Assembly (NCBI GenBank): GCA_043827405.1
Contig: JBDRPD010000089.1
Span: forward strand, 1-11,954
DNA length: 11,954 nucleotides
Direction: 5' to 3'
Source of the DNA: Elusimicrobiota bacterium
Lineage (GTDB): Bacteria > Elusimicrobiota > Elusimicrobia > UBA1565
Shown: in pieces, positions 1-7,058 of the stretch
How positions within the stretch are numbered: the first letter of the stretch is position 1
How the letters are laid out: every line of letters starts with the position of its first letter
Notes under the pieces: generated by a model
The model's input: the letters and a program-made list of their open reading frames with translations, nothing else
What the model was told of the DNA's origin: nothing
The model's database searches: none
Translations under genes and position numbers: made by a program

Positions 1-963
1 CCTGATGTCGGTCGCTTTTTCCAGAAAAAGGAATTGGTCTTTGCTGGCGACGCCGGCGGTCACCTCGGTGTATTCGCCGGTCGTGATGCCGGTGGAGATG
101 CGCACCGGCAGATAGGCTTGGTCGTCGACGACGATGATCGCCGAGGTCGGGACCCGCAGCACATCCTTTTTTGCCCGCGGCTTGATAGTCCCTTCCCACT
201 GGGTTCCCGGATCGAGGTAGTTGCGGCTATCGAGCAGGATGGTAAAAGTTCCGGCGGACTGCACCTTCTTGCCCTGGATGTCGAGGATGAAATCGTCTAC
301 CTTCGCCTGCAGTTTTTTATTCGGATTTTTGACGTCCCAGAAGGTCAGGATCTGGTCTTCGTCGATGAAGCGTCCGGATCCGGGGGGGATGCGGCCGATG
401 AGCCGGAGTTTCTGTGCCGCCTCGAGGAGCAGCGCTCCGGGCTCCACCCATTTTTTCGAGCGCGCGAAGGTCTTTAGTACGTAGCATTCGAACGGGCAGC
501 TGATCGGCGTGGGTTTATACACGCCGTTCCAGCGATCGTGCATAACGGCGGCCGGTGTCGCGGACTTGGCGTCGATAATGGCGGCCAGTTCCTTGCTGAG
601 GACGGTGGCCAGTTCCTTGTGGGCGGGAAACCATACCCGCGGTTTGGCGAAGACATCCTCGACGCGGCCCTCGATAGTGGACCGCATGCGGAAAATTTTC
701 TCGGCCCGGACGGTTCCCTGAGTGTGGATCGTCAAGTCGATGCTGCCGCGCTCGACGGTTCCGATGTAGTCCTTCTCCGCTGTTTCGGGAGCGTCGGCCG
801 GCGGCGCGGGCGTCGGACTGTGCGGGTAGCTCTTGATGGCGCCCCGCCGGAGCTCATGCCCGGTCACCTGCGCCGCGGCGGGCGGCGGGGCAAATCCGAG
901 CAGGCCGCATAAGAGCGTGGCCGCGACGGCGGCGGCGTTGTTCGCGTTCAGCTGCGTGCTCAC
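1..963 (-). CDS. MacA/HlyD-like efflux periplasmic adaptor (membrane fusion protein); partial, stop lies beyond the left edge
   Basis: My own translation from GTG at 963 is open for 321 codons to the window edge: MSTQLNANNAAAVAATLLCGLLGFAPPPAAA (signal-like)...TVERGSIDLTIHTQGTVRA...RSTIEGRVEDV (lipoyl half 1)...PISCPFECYV...WVEPGALL (lipoyl half 2)...KDVLRVPTSAII...VRISTGITTGEYTEVTAGV (membrane-proximal domain). These motifs match the MFP family pattern. The start overlaps the upstream stop (GTGA, 960-963). Confidence 0.8.
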   Translation of the reverse strand, partial: MSTQLNANNAAAVAATLLCGLLGFAPPPAAAQVTGHELRRGAIKSYPHSPTPAPPADAPETAEKDYIGTVERGSIDLTIHTQGTVRAEKIFRMRSTIEGRVEDVFAKPRVWFPAHKELATVLSKELAAIIDAKSATPAAVMHDRWNGVYKPTPISCPFECYVLKTFARSKKWVEPGALLLEAAQKLRLIGRIPPGSGRFIDEDQILTFWDVKNPNKKLQAKVDDFILDIQGKKVQSAGTFTILLDSRNYLDPGTQWEGTIKPRAKKDVLRVPTSAIIVVDDQAYLPVRISTGITTGEYTEVTAGVASKDQFLFLEKATDIR

Positions 964-1934
964 GGGGCTATTTTACGTTTCTTCATCGGGTTTTCGGCCG
1001 GCCGCTGCTTGCCGTCGTCCTTGTACTTCACCATGGTTTCCGTCAGCGCCGCCTTTTCAGCTTCCGCCATGATCCAGCTGGTGATGCGCTTGTCCGGCAG
1101 CAGCGAACCGGCGCCCCAGCGGTAAAACAGGTAGTCCAGCTTTTTGTGCAGGGTCCGCTCCTGGCCGTCCTGCTCCAGCATGTGGGTGAGCACGATGACG
1201 CGCGACTTCACGCTCAGGTTCTTGATAAGCGTGCGCAGGCGGCGTTCGGAATCCGCGTCCAGCTTGGGCTTATCTTTGGTCGACGGCCGCATCAGATGGG
1301 TGCGGACATCCTGGTAGCCGCCCTGCGCCCGAATCTGGCCGCCGAGCGTATCCAGCAGCCGTTTGTGCACGGTGTTCGCCTCGTCCGCCTCCGTGCCGAA
1401 GCCGACCAGGACGACGCTTTCCTTGGCGGGCTCGCGGCTGAGCTTTTTCGCCTGCGCGGTCAGGATCTCACCGACCAGCGGCGCGGCGTCCAGGCCGCCG
1501 CCGATCGTGATCGGCAGCTTGACCTTGGCGCGCTTGATCAGCCGCTCGTTCATGCGCCACGCGTCGATGTAGGCCTTGGAGGGGTGCTCGCTTATGCCGA
1601 GCATATACTTCAGTTGGTCGATCTCCATGGTTTTGGAGTGCAGTGAGAGCGGAACAACCACGATCTTCTGTACCGAGGTCGCCTTGAGACGGTCAAGCGC
1701 GTGCTGGAGTTCACGCGTCCCGTAGGTCCCGCTCACGGTTTCCAACGGCTTCTGGCTGCCCAGCTCTTTGCGCAGGCTGCTGATCGTCGCGTTCCAGCTA
1801 TGGCCGCCGGCCGGTCCGATGAGCAGGATTCCGTAGGGCTTTTTCCCCCAGGGAGATTTCTCGGTGCCGGCCGCGGGTTGACCGGCGGCGGAAAGCAGTA
1901 GAAAAACGCTTAAAATAAAACGTAATACTCCCAT
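960..1934 (-). CDS. Exported CbiX/SirB (class II chelatase)-fold protein with the conserved His residues apparently substituted
   Basis: ATG at 1934 is preferred over 1958 because GAGGA lies just upstream and a signal peptide (MGVLRFILSVFLLLSAAGQPAAG) follows directly. Two chelatase-like halves are visible: GILLIGPAGGHSWN...LQHALDRLKATSVQKIVVVPLSL and LDAAPLVGEIL...ESVVLVGFG...VIVLTHML...SLLPDKRITSWI. Confidence 0.7.
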   Translation of the reverse strand: MGVLRFILSVFLLLSAAGQPAAGTEKSPWGKKPYGILLIGPAGGHSWNATISSLRKELGSQKPLETVSGTYGTRELQHALDRLKATSVQKIVVVPLSLHSKTMEIDQLKYMLGISEHPSKAYIDAWRMNERLIKRAKVKLPITIGGGLDAAPLVGEILTAQAKKLSREPAKESVVLVGFGTEADEANTVHKRLLDTLGGQIRAQGGYQDVRTHLMRPSTKDKPKLDADSERRLRTLIKNLSVKSRVIVLTHMLEQDGQERTLHKKLDYLFYRWGAGSLLPDKRITSWIMAEAEKAALTETMVKYKDDGKQRPAENPMKKRKIAP

Positions 1935-1948
1935 GGCGGTTCCTCGCC

Positions 1949-1957
1949 ATTCTACCA
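1949..1957 (-). promoter_or_regulatory. Candidate extended -10 promoter (TGgTAGAAT) for the CbiX-like/adaptor genes
   Basis: The minus strand reads TGGTAGAAT in the AT-rich gap between the PBP stop and ATG 1934. There is no good -35. Confidence 0.4.
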
Positions 1958-1995
1958 TATAGATTTTTCAGGGATATTACGGTTTATGCGGCTTA

Positions 1996-4323
1996 TTAGT
2001 GAAAGATTTTGGGCGTTTCGCGGCGGAATATTTTCCGGAACCAGCCCACGAGGCCGCCCGAATGCAGGGGACAGTAGGCGTCCGGAACGGTGCCGGCAAG
2101 AAAAATCTCAACGCGCTGCCGCGGGCAGCCGCTGCGGGCCAGCAGTCCCGTTTCTGGATCAAGCTTGGCGGTACGGACATCCTCCGGGCGGGGCCAGAGG
2201 GGAATGTCCCGCCCGCGCTCTACCGGGAACCGCCGCGAACGCTGTATAAAGTTCGCCCACAGCGGTAAGGCGGCGCTTGCTCCGGTCAGTCCGAGCTTGG
2301 CGGGGATATCGCTGCCGGTCCAGACGCCGGCCACCAGGTAGGGAGTGTAGCCGATGAACCAGGCGTCCTTGCCGTCGTTGGTCGTTCCCGTCTTGCCGGC
2401 GGATACGCCGTCCAGGTTCCAGCGGCTCAGGGAGCGGGCGGTGCCGTCGACGACGGCGTCCCGCAGCAGGCTGGTCATGAGGTAGGCTTCGCCGGGGCTC
2501 AGCACGGGCGCGGGACCGGGGGAACGGGTCTCGAGCACCTCGCCCGCGAAGTTGAGGACCGTTTCGATGCCGAAGGGGTCTACGCGAAAGCCCCCGTTGG
2601 CGAAAGCGCAGTAAGCTCCCGTTATCTCGAGGAGAGTTACCTCGAAGGCGCCCAGGGCCAGGCCGAGCTCCGGGCGCAGGGGGCTGTGAATACCGAGGCT
2701 GCGGGCGTAGTCGATGACCGCCTGCGGCCCGATATCGGCCGCCAGGTTTACCGTTGCCGCGTTGAGCGAGTGTCCCAGCGCCGTCCGCAGGGGGACCGGA
2801 CCCCGGTAGGTGCGGCTGTAGTTGCGCGGCGTCCACGTGCCGGCGTCGACGCGGAAGGTTCGGGTGGCGTCGGACAGCAGGCTCGACGGGGTCCACGCTT
2901 TGCCGGGTTCGCCGCGCTGCTGGAGCGCCGCGCCGTAGACGAAGGGCTTGAAGGCCGAGCCGGGCTGGCGCATCGCGACCGTGGCGCGGTCGAACGGACT
3001 GGCGGCGAAGTCCCGGCCGCCGATGAGGGCGCGCACGGCGCCGGTGCGCGGATCCAGGGCCGCCAGCGCCGCTTGCCGCGGGGCGCGGGAGAATACCTCG
3101 CGGGCGGTCTCCTGCAGCCAGGGGTCCAGCGTCGTGTAGAGCGTCAGCCCCCGGGTTAGCAGCGCGCTGTCGGCGTAGCGCGCTTCGAGCTGCCGCTGGA
3201 TGTACGCCATGAAGTAGTCGGAATCGCGGGGCGAGCGCTGGCCCGCGGCGGTGACTCCCAGCGGCTCGGCCAGCGCGCCGCGCTCTTGCGCCGCGGAAAT
3301 GAAGCCGTCGCGCCGCATGGCGCCCAAGACGAGATCGCGCCGCTGCCGCGCGCGGTCGGGGTGCAGAAACGGGCTGTAGCCGTTGGGCGAGCGCAGCAGG
3401 CCGACGAGCAGGGCGCACTGCGCCAGGCTCAGCCTCTCGGGCGCCGCGTTGAATAGGTGCTTGGCCGCGGCGGGCAGCCCGATAATGCTGACCGGGCCGT
3501 TCTGTCCGAAGTAGACGCTGTCGAGGTAGATGCGCAGGATGTCCCGCTTGGTGAAGCGGACTTCGAGATAGAGCGCGATCAGCGCCTCTTTGAGCTTGCG
3601 CGAGAACGTTCGCCGGGGGCTTAGGAACAGGTTGCGCGCGAGCTGCTGGGTCAGGGTGCTGCCGCCTTCTTCGATCCGTCCGGCGCGCAGGTTGCGCCAG
3701 GCCGCGCGGGCGATTCCGCGGACGTCGACGCCGGGATGGTCGTAGAAGCGCCGGTCCTCAATGGCGATCAGGGCCTCGATGAGGTCCGCCGGGACGTCCG
3801 CGAAGCGCAGCGGATCGCGGCGGATGCGCTGGGGGCCCGATATTTCGTAGAGCAGTTCCGGCTCCAGGACCAGTTCGTTGAGCGGCGCGGTCGAGCGGGC
3901 GAGCGCGAGCTCGGCGATGCGGTCATGGCGGATTTCCACAACGGCATGGACGGGCGTCGCGCGAACGAGCGGGTGTTGGAACGCGCGCGCGAACACTTCG
4001 AAGCGCCCGTCCTGCTGCCGGTACTGACCCGGCGTCAGCTCGCGTCCGGCGTCTCCGCCCGGCCGGTAATCCAGGCGTTCAAGCCGGCGGCGCAGCTCGC
4101 GGATGGAACGCGGCTGTCCGTTCTGTAGGCGCAGCGGGGCGGAGAAGACGCGGGTCGAGCGGCGGCTCTGCCAGTCGCTGCTCAGCAGCGGCTCGATGCG
4201 GCGCTCGGCGTACCGGTAGACGGCGCCGGCGGCGAAAACCAGGATTGCGGCTCCCGCCGCGAGGGTGTAGAGAACTCTCCGTGCCCGGCGCGGCCGGCGG
4301 CTTCGCGGTTTGCGGCGGGCCAC
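1996..4323 (-). CDS. mrcB: Class A bifunctional penicillin-binding protein (PBP1B-type transglycosylase/transpeptidase with UB2H-like region)
   Basis: Basic N-terminus followed by one TM helix. UB2H-like segment (ELRRRLERLDYR...PGQYR). GT51 motifs EDRRFYDHPGVD, GGSTLTQQLARN and RKLKE. Transpeptidase motifs SAFK (SxxK), SLN and KTG are all intact. The GTG start directly abuts the upstream TAG. Confidence 0.92.
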   Translation of the reverse strand: MARRKPRSRRPRRARRVLYTLAAGAAILVFAAGAVYRYAERRIEPLLSSDWQSRRSTRVFSAPLRLQNGQPRSIRELRRRLERLDYRPGGDAGRELTPGQYRQQDGRFEVFARAFQHPLVRATPVHAVVEIRHDRIAELALARSTAPLNELVLEPELLYEISGPQRIRRDPLRFADVPADLIEALIAIEDRRFYDHPGVDVRGIARAAWRNLRAGRIEEGGSTLTQQLARNLFLSPRRTFSRKLKEALIALYLEVRFTKRDILRIYLDSVYFGQNGPVSIIGLPAAAKHLFNAAPERLSLAQCALLVGLLRSPNGYSPFLHPDRARQRRDLVLGAMRRDGFISAAQERGALAEPLGVTAAGQRSPRDSDYFMAYIQRQLEARYADSALLTRGLTLYTTLDPWLQETAREVFSRAPRQAALAALDPRTGAVRALIGGRDFAASPFDRATVAMRQPGSAFKPFVYGAALQQRGEPGKAWTPSSLLSDATRTFRVDAGTWTPRNYSRTYRGPVPLRTALGHSLNAATVNLAADIGPQAVIDYARSLGIHSPLRPELGLALGAFEVTLLEITGAYCAFANGGFRVDPFGIETVLNFAGEVLETRSPGPAPVLSPGEAYLMTSLLRDAVVDGTARSLSRWNLDGVSAGKTGTTNDGKDAWFIGYTPYLVAGVWTGSDIPAKLGLTGASAALPLWANFIQRSRRFPVERGRDIPLWPRPEDVRTAKLDPETGLLARSGCPRQRVEIFLAGTVPDAYCPLHSGGLVGWFRKIFRRETPKIFH

Positions 4324-5706
4324 CTACTTGCGGTAGAACCAGAGGGAGGTGTTGCTCTCGACGCCGCGTACCGGGATGAGAATAGAGGCGTCCGCCCCCG
4401 TGCCGTATTCCGCGAGTCCGGCGGCATAGCCGGAGAGCTCCGTCTTCCACTCGGGCACCAGCGCCATTCCGTTCCAGCGCAGGAAGTGGAGCTCGGCGCT
4501 GCGGTAGATGCCGAACGGCGCCGCCAGATTGAACAGGGGCGCGATGTTGCGGACGGTGTATATTCCCTTCAGCCCCCGCGGCCCGTGCTCGACGGCGAAG
4601 CGGGGGAAGAAGGCCAGCTTGTTGTCGTGCCAGAGCAGGCGTTCCGAGGTTTGGCCGTACTCCTCGCGCGAGGTCCACGCCTTCTTGCCGAACTGCGCCC
4701 GGAGCTTTCCGGACCGGTGGTAGAAGATCAGGAAGGGATCGGGATCGAGCTCTTCTCCCGCGGGATTCTCGCGGCGGGCGAAATTGAAGCCGTAAAGCCA
4801 CTCCAGCCGGCGGTACTTGACGCGCTCCTTGCCGACGGTGTAGCGTCCGTCGTGATATTCCAGCGGATAAATGTTCGATTGCGGGAAGGTTTTGTCGGCG
4901 ACCAGCTGCTGGGCGCCCAAAGTCCAGCGGCCGTCCGGTTGCTGGTAGGAGCGCACCATCCAGGGTATGGTTTTAAGCTCGTGCAGAGCGCCCTCGCGGC
5001 AGTCGAGGATTTGGGTTTCAACTCGTTTGTAGAAGGAGTTGTGCAGCGTCGCGAAAATCTCCGCGCGTCCGTCGCCGTTAAGGTCGGCGGCCTCGACCGA
5101 AAGGTACTGGGCGCCCGTCGTTTCTTCCTTATGGACGCACAGCGGCTCCCATTTTTTGCGCGATTGGTTGACGGGATAGACGCGGATCTCCCGCTCCGCG
5201 GCGACTACCGCGTCCTGCGTCCCGTCGCCGTCCGCGTCGCCGACCGCGACGTCGACCGCCAGCAGGTTTAGGATCGGGCTGCGGAAATACGGTTCATGCG
5301 CGCTTGCGGCCGGCGCCGGCGCGGGCGCCGCCGGGGCCGCCGCCGGGGGGGGCGGGGGTGCGGCGGGCGGCGGCGCATCGCCCAGTCGGATCATGGCGCC
5401 CGCGGCGACGGCGGACGCGTCTCCGTTAATGACGCCCAGCGAATATTTTTCATGGATTTCCGTGATGACGCCTTGCGCAATCCGTTCTTCGACCCGTCCC
5501 AGCGAGGCGCCGGTCACGGGGTGCTTGAGCTCGTCGCCTGCGCGGTAGATGGTAAAGGATTGGCCGGAAGCGATGCCGGAGGCTTGGCCGTAATCCAGGT
5601 AGACTTTGTTCGACTCCACCCGGACGACGTAGCCCGTTTCGCCGGCCGCGCGGGCGCCGGCCGCGACGCCCAGCAGGATCAGGGAAAGAATCATAAATTG
5701 TTTCAT
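4324..5706 (-). CDS. Exported protein with FlgT C-terminal-like beta domain, Pro/Ala linker and FG-GAP/VCBS repeat (beta-propeller-like) region, 460 aa
   Basis: The real start is ATG 5706 (MKQFMILSLILLGVAAGARA signal peptide), not 7023. GYVVRVESNKVYLDYGQASGIASGQSFTIYRAGDELKHPVTG is a FlgT-C-like pattern. Linker APPPAAPPPPPAAAPAAPAPAP. FG-GAP motifs VAVGDADGDGTQDAV and AADLNGDGRAEIF. Confidence 0.8.
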   Translation of the reverse strand: MKQFMILSLILLGVAAGARAAGETGYVVRVESNKVYLDYGQASGIASGQSFTIYRAGDELKHPVTGASLGRVEERIAQGVITEIHEKYSLGVINGDASAVAAGAMIRLGDAPPPAAPPPPPAAAPAAPAPAPAASAHEPYFRSPILNLLAVDVAVGDADGDGTQDAVVAAEREIRVYPVNQSRKKWEPLCVHKEETTGAQYLSVEAADLNGDGRAEIFATLHNSFYKRVETQILDCREGALHELKTIPWMVRSYQQPDGRWTLGAQQLVADKTFPQSNIYPLEYHDGRYTVGKERVKYRRLEWLYGFNFARRENPAGEELDPDPFLIFYHRSGKLRAQFGKKAWTSREEYGQTSERLLWHDNKLAFFPRFAVEHGPRGLKGIYTVRNIAPLFNLAAPFGIYRSAELHFLRWNGMALVPEWKTELSGYAAGLAEYGTGADASILIPVRGVESNTSLWFYRK

Positions 5707-5713
5707 GTTTTTG

Positions 5714-5722
5714 AGAATATCA
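5714..5722 (-). promoter_or_regulatory. Candidate extended -10 (TGaTATTCT) 7 nt upstream of ATG 5706; leaderless-type promoter
   Basis: The minus strand reads ...aaTGaTATTCTcaaaaacATG. No Shine-Dalgarno is present. Confidence 0.5.
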
Positions 5723-5730
5723 TTTTTCTG

Positions 5731-5736
5731 TAGAAT
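5731..5736 (+). promoter_or_regulatory. Candidate -10 (TAGAAT) 6 nt upstream of ATG 5743; leaderless-type promoter
   Basis: The sequence reads TAGAATggagtaATG. The GGAG is only 2 nt from the ATG, too close for a normal SD. Confidence 0.45.
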
Positions 5737-5742
5737 GGAGTA

Positions 5743-7032
5743 ATGAGCTCCGCCTACCCGCCAACGGGGAGATACGACGATTTGCTGATGATCCTGGCGC
5801 GTGCTGAAGAGCGCCGCATCGCCGGCAAAATACCCGTCAAGCGGCGCCTCTCCCGCGTCTGGCTCGAGCCGTGGTGGAACGCTCTCGGGGCGGCGATCGC
5901 CGTCGCGGTTCACGCTCTGCCGGCCGCCGCCGCCGCGCGTCTGCACGACCGGCTGTTTCTTGCCGCGCTCGGCGGGCAGCGCCCGCATCCGTTCGATGAC
6001 CGGTCGGAGCATCTCGGCCGGGCCGAGCGGCTTATAGCGCAGGCGCACCGCGCGGCCGGCCGTGCGCCCGCCCTCCTTTGCCTCACCTCGCATCCGCCCG
6101 CTTTCGGCGAGCTGATGTATCTCAATGTCGAACTGGTGCGTCACGCCCTGTGGGGGCTCCGGCGACTGCGCGCCGAGCCCTGTCGTCCGCGGCTGGTGAT
6201 CGCCATGGACTATTATGCTTTGGACATGCTGGCGCTTTACGAAGAGGGCTTGTATGCGGGCTTCACGGGACGCTGCCATCTGGGCTTTGACCGCCTCGCG
6301 CATCTCCGGCCGGCGCCGGGGCGCGCGCTGCTGCGCGGCACCGCCTGGACCAACGTCGTCCGGCGCATCCTCGCGGCGCTCGCCGCGGGCGGCGAAGTCG
6401 GCATGGTCCTGGGCGGGGGCGTTCCGGGCACCAGCCGGGTTTTTTACTGTGCCCGCGAGTTCGTCGGGCGGCTCTACCGGGAGCGGCCGACGACGGAGCC
6501 CTCCGGCCGCATACGCGAACGCCTGTGCGCCGCCGCCGCGGATTTTAAGCGATTTATCGGCTCCGGCGAGATCGGCGCTCCCGCCATGCGCAATATCCGC
6601 CGTGCCATGGAGGGCTGGGTGCTGTCCTGCCTGGTGCGCGACGGCGGTCTCGATGAAGTCGACGCCGGACGGGTGCCGCCCGTCGCGCTGGAGGCCCTCG
6701 CGGCCTGCGCCGGGGCGCTTGGCTGGCGGGGGGAGGAAGCGGCGCGCCGGCGCGCCGACTTCATCGCGTCGTTCGCCCGCGAAACCCCATCCCGGGAAAG
6801 ATTTTTTTCGGTGCTGGCCCGCCGGGTCGCCGCCAGCGGCACTCCGGTCCTGATCCTGCCGCTGACCTACGGCCGGCCGGACGCGATAGCGATGCGCTTC
6901 GGCGAGCCTGTCTGCATCCTCGGCGCCCGCCGTGAGGCCGCGGGCTGGAGCGTGGAACTGGCCGGGAAGGAGCCGCGCCGGCTGCCGCTGCGGAGCTTTT
7001 GCCGTGACTTCGTTGCCCGGCACTATCCCTAA
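5743..7032 (+). CDS. Hypothetical protein with divergent lysophospholipid/glycerol-phosphate acyltransferase (PlsC/LPLAT)-like motifs
   Basis: 429-aa ORF. Motifs occur in LPLAT order: I LLCLTSHPPAFGE (cf. NHxxxxD), II HLGFDR (cf. GxxFIDR), III VGMVLGGGVPGTSR (cf. FPEGTR), IV SGTPVLILPLTY, then AMRFGEPV (cf. VxFGEPI). The CDS itself is well supported, but the function is tentative. Confidence 0.6.
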   Translation: MSSAYPPTGRYDDLLMILARAEERRIAGKIPVKRRLSRVWLEPWWNALGAAIAVAVHALPAAAAARLHDRLFLAALGGQRPHPFDDRSEHLGRAERLIAQAHRAAGRAPALLCLTSHPPAFGELMYLNVELVRHALWGLRRLRAEPCRPRLVIAMDYYALDMLALYEEGLYAGFTGRCHLGFDRLAHLRPAPGRALLRGTAWTNVVRRILAALAAGGEVGMVLGGGVPGTSRVFYCAREFVGRLYRERPTTEPSGRIRERLCAAAADFKRFIGSGEIGAPAMRNIRRAMEGWVLSCLVRDGGLDEVDAGRVPPVALEALAACAGALGWRGEEAARRRADFIASFARETPSRERFFSVLARRVAASGTPVLILPLTYGRPDAIAMRFGEPVCILGARREAAGWSVELAGKEPRRLPLRSFCRDFVARHYP

Positions 7033-7058
7033 TTTGTAGACTCCTCGCCGTACCCGCC

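Noticed and set aside
583..619. 13-bp direct repeat GGCCAGTTCCTTG at 583-595 and 607-619
   Set aside because: It has only two copies, in frame, encoding KELA twice within the adaptor. It is not a CRISPR repeat or an att site.
34..912. Plus-strand ORFs 34..477, 221..484, 509..721 and 538..912
   Set aside because: These are antisense shadows of the minus-strand adaptor gene, which has recognisable family motifs.
2159..3418. 419-aa alternative-frame ORF inside the PBP gene (also 4079..4801)
   Set aside because: The Arg/Pro/Ala-rich composition is typical of off-frame translation of high-GC coding DNA, and there are no motifs.
5296..5400. Very G-rich stretch on the plus strand as a G-quadruplex or repeat element
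   Set aside because: It is fully explained by the Pro/Ala linker codons of the minus-strand gene.
5707..7023. 439-codon N-terminal extension of the 899-aa minus-strand ORF (4324..7023)
   Set aside because: It is the antisense shadow of the plus-strand gene 5743..7032 in GC-rich DNA. A clear signal peptide and promoter-like element mark the real start at 5706.
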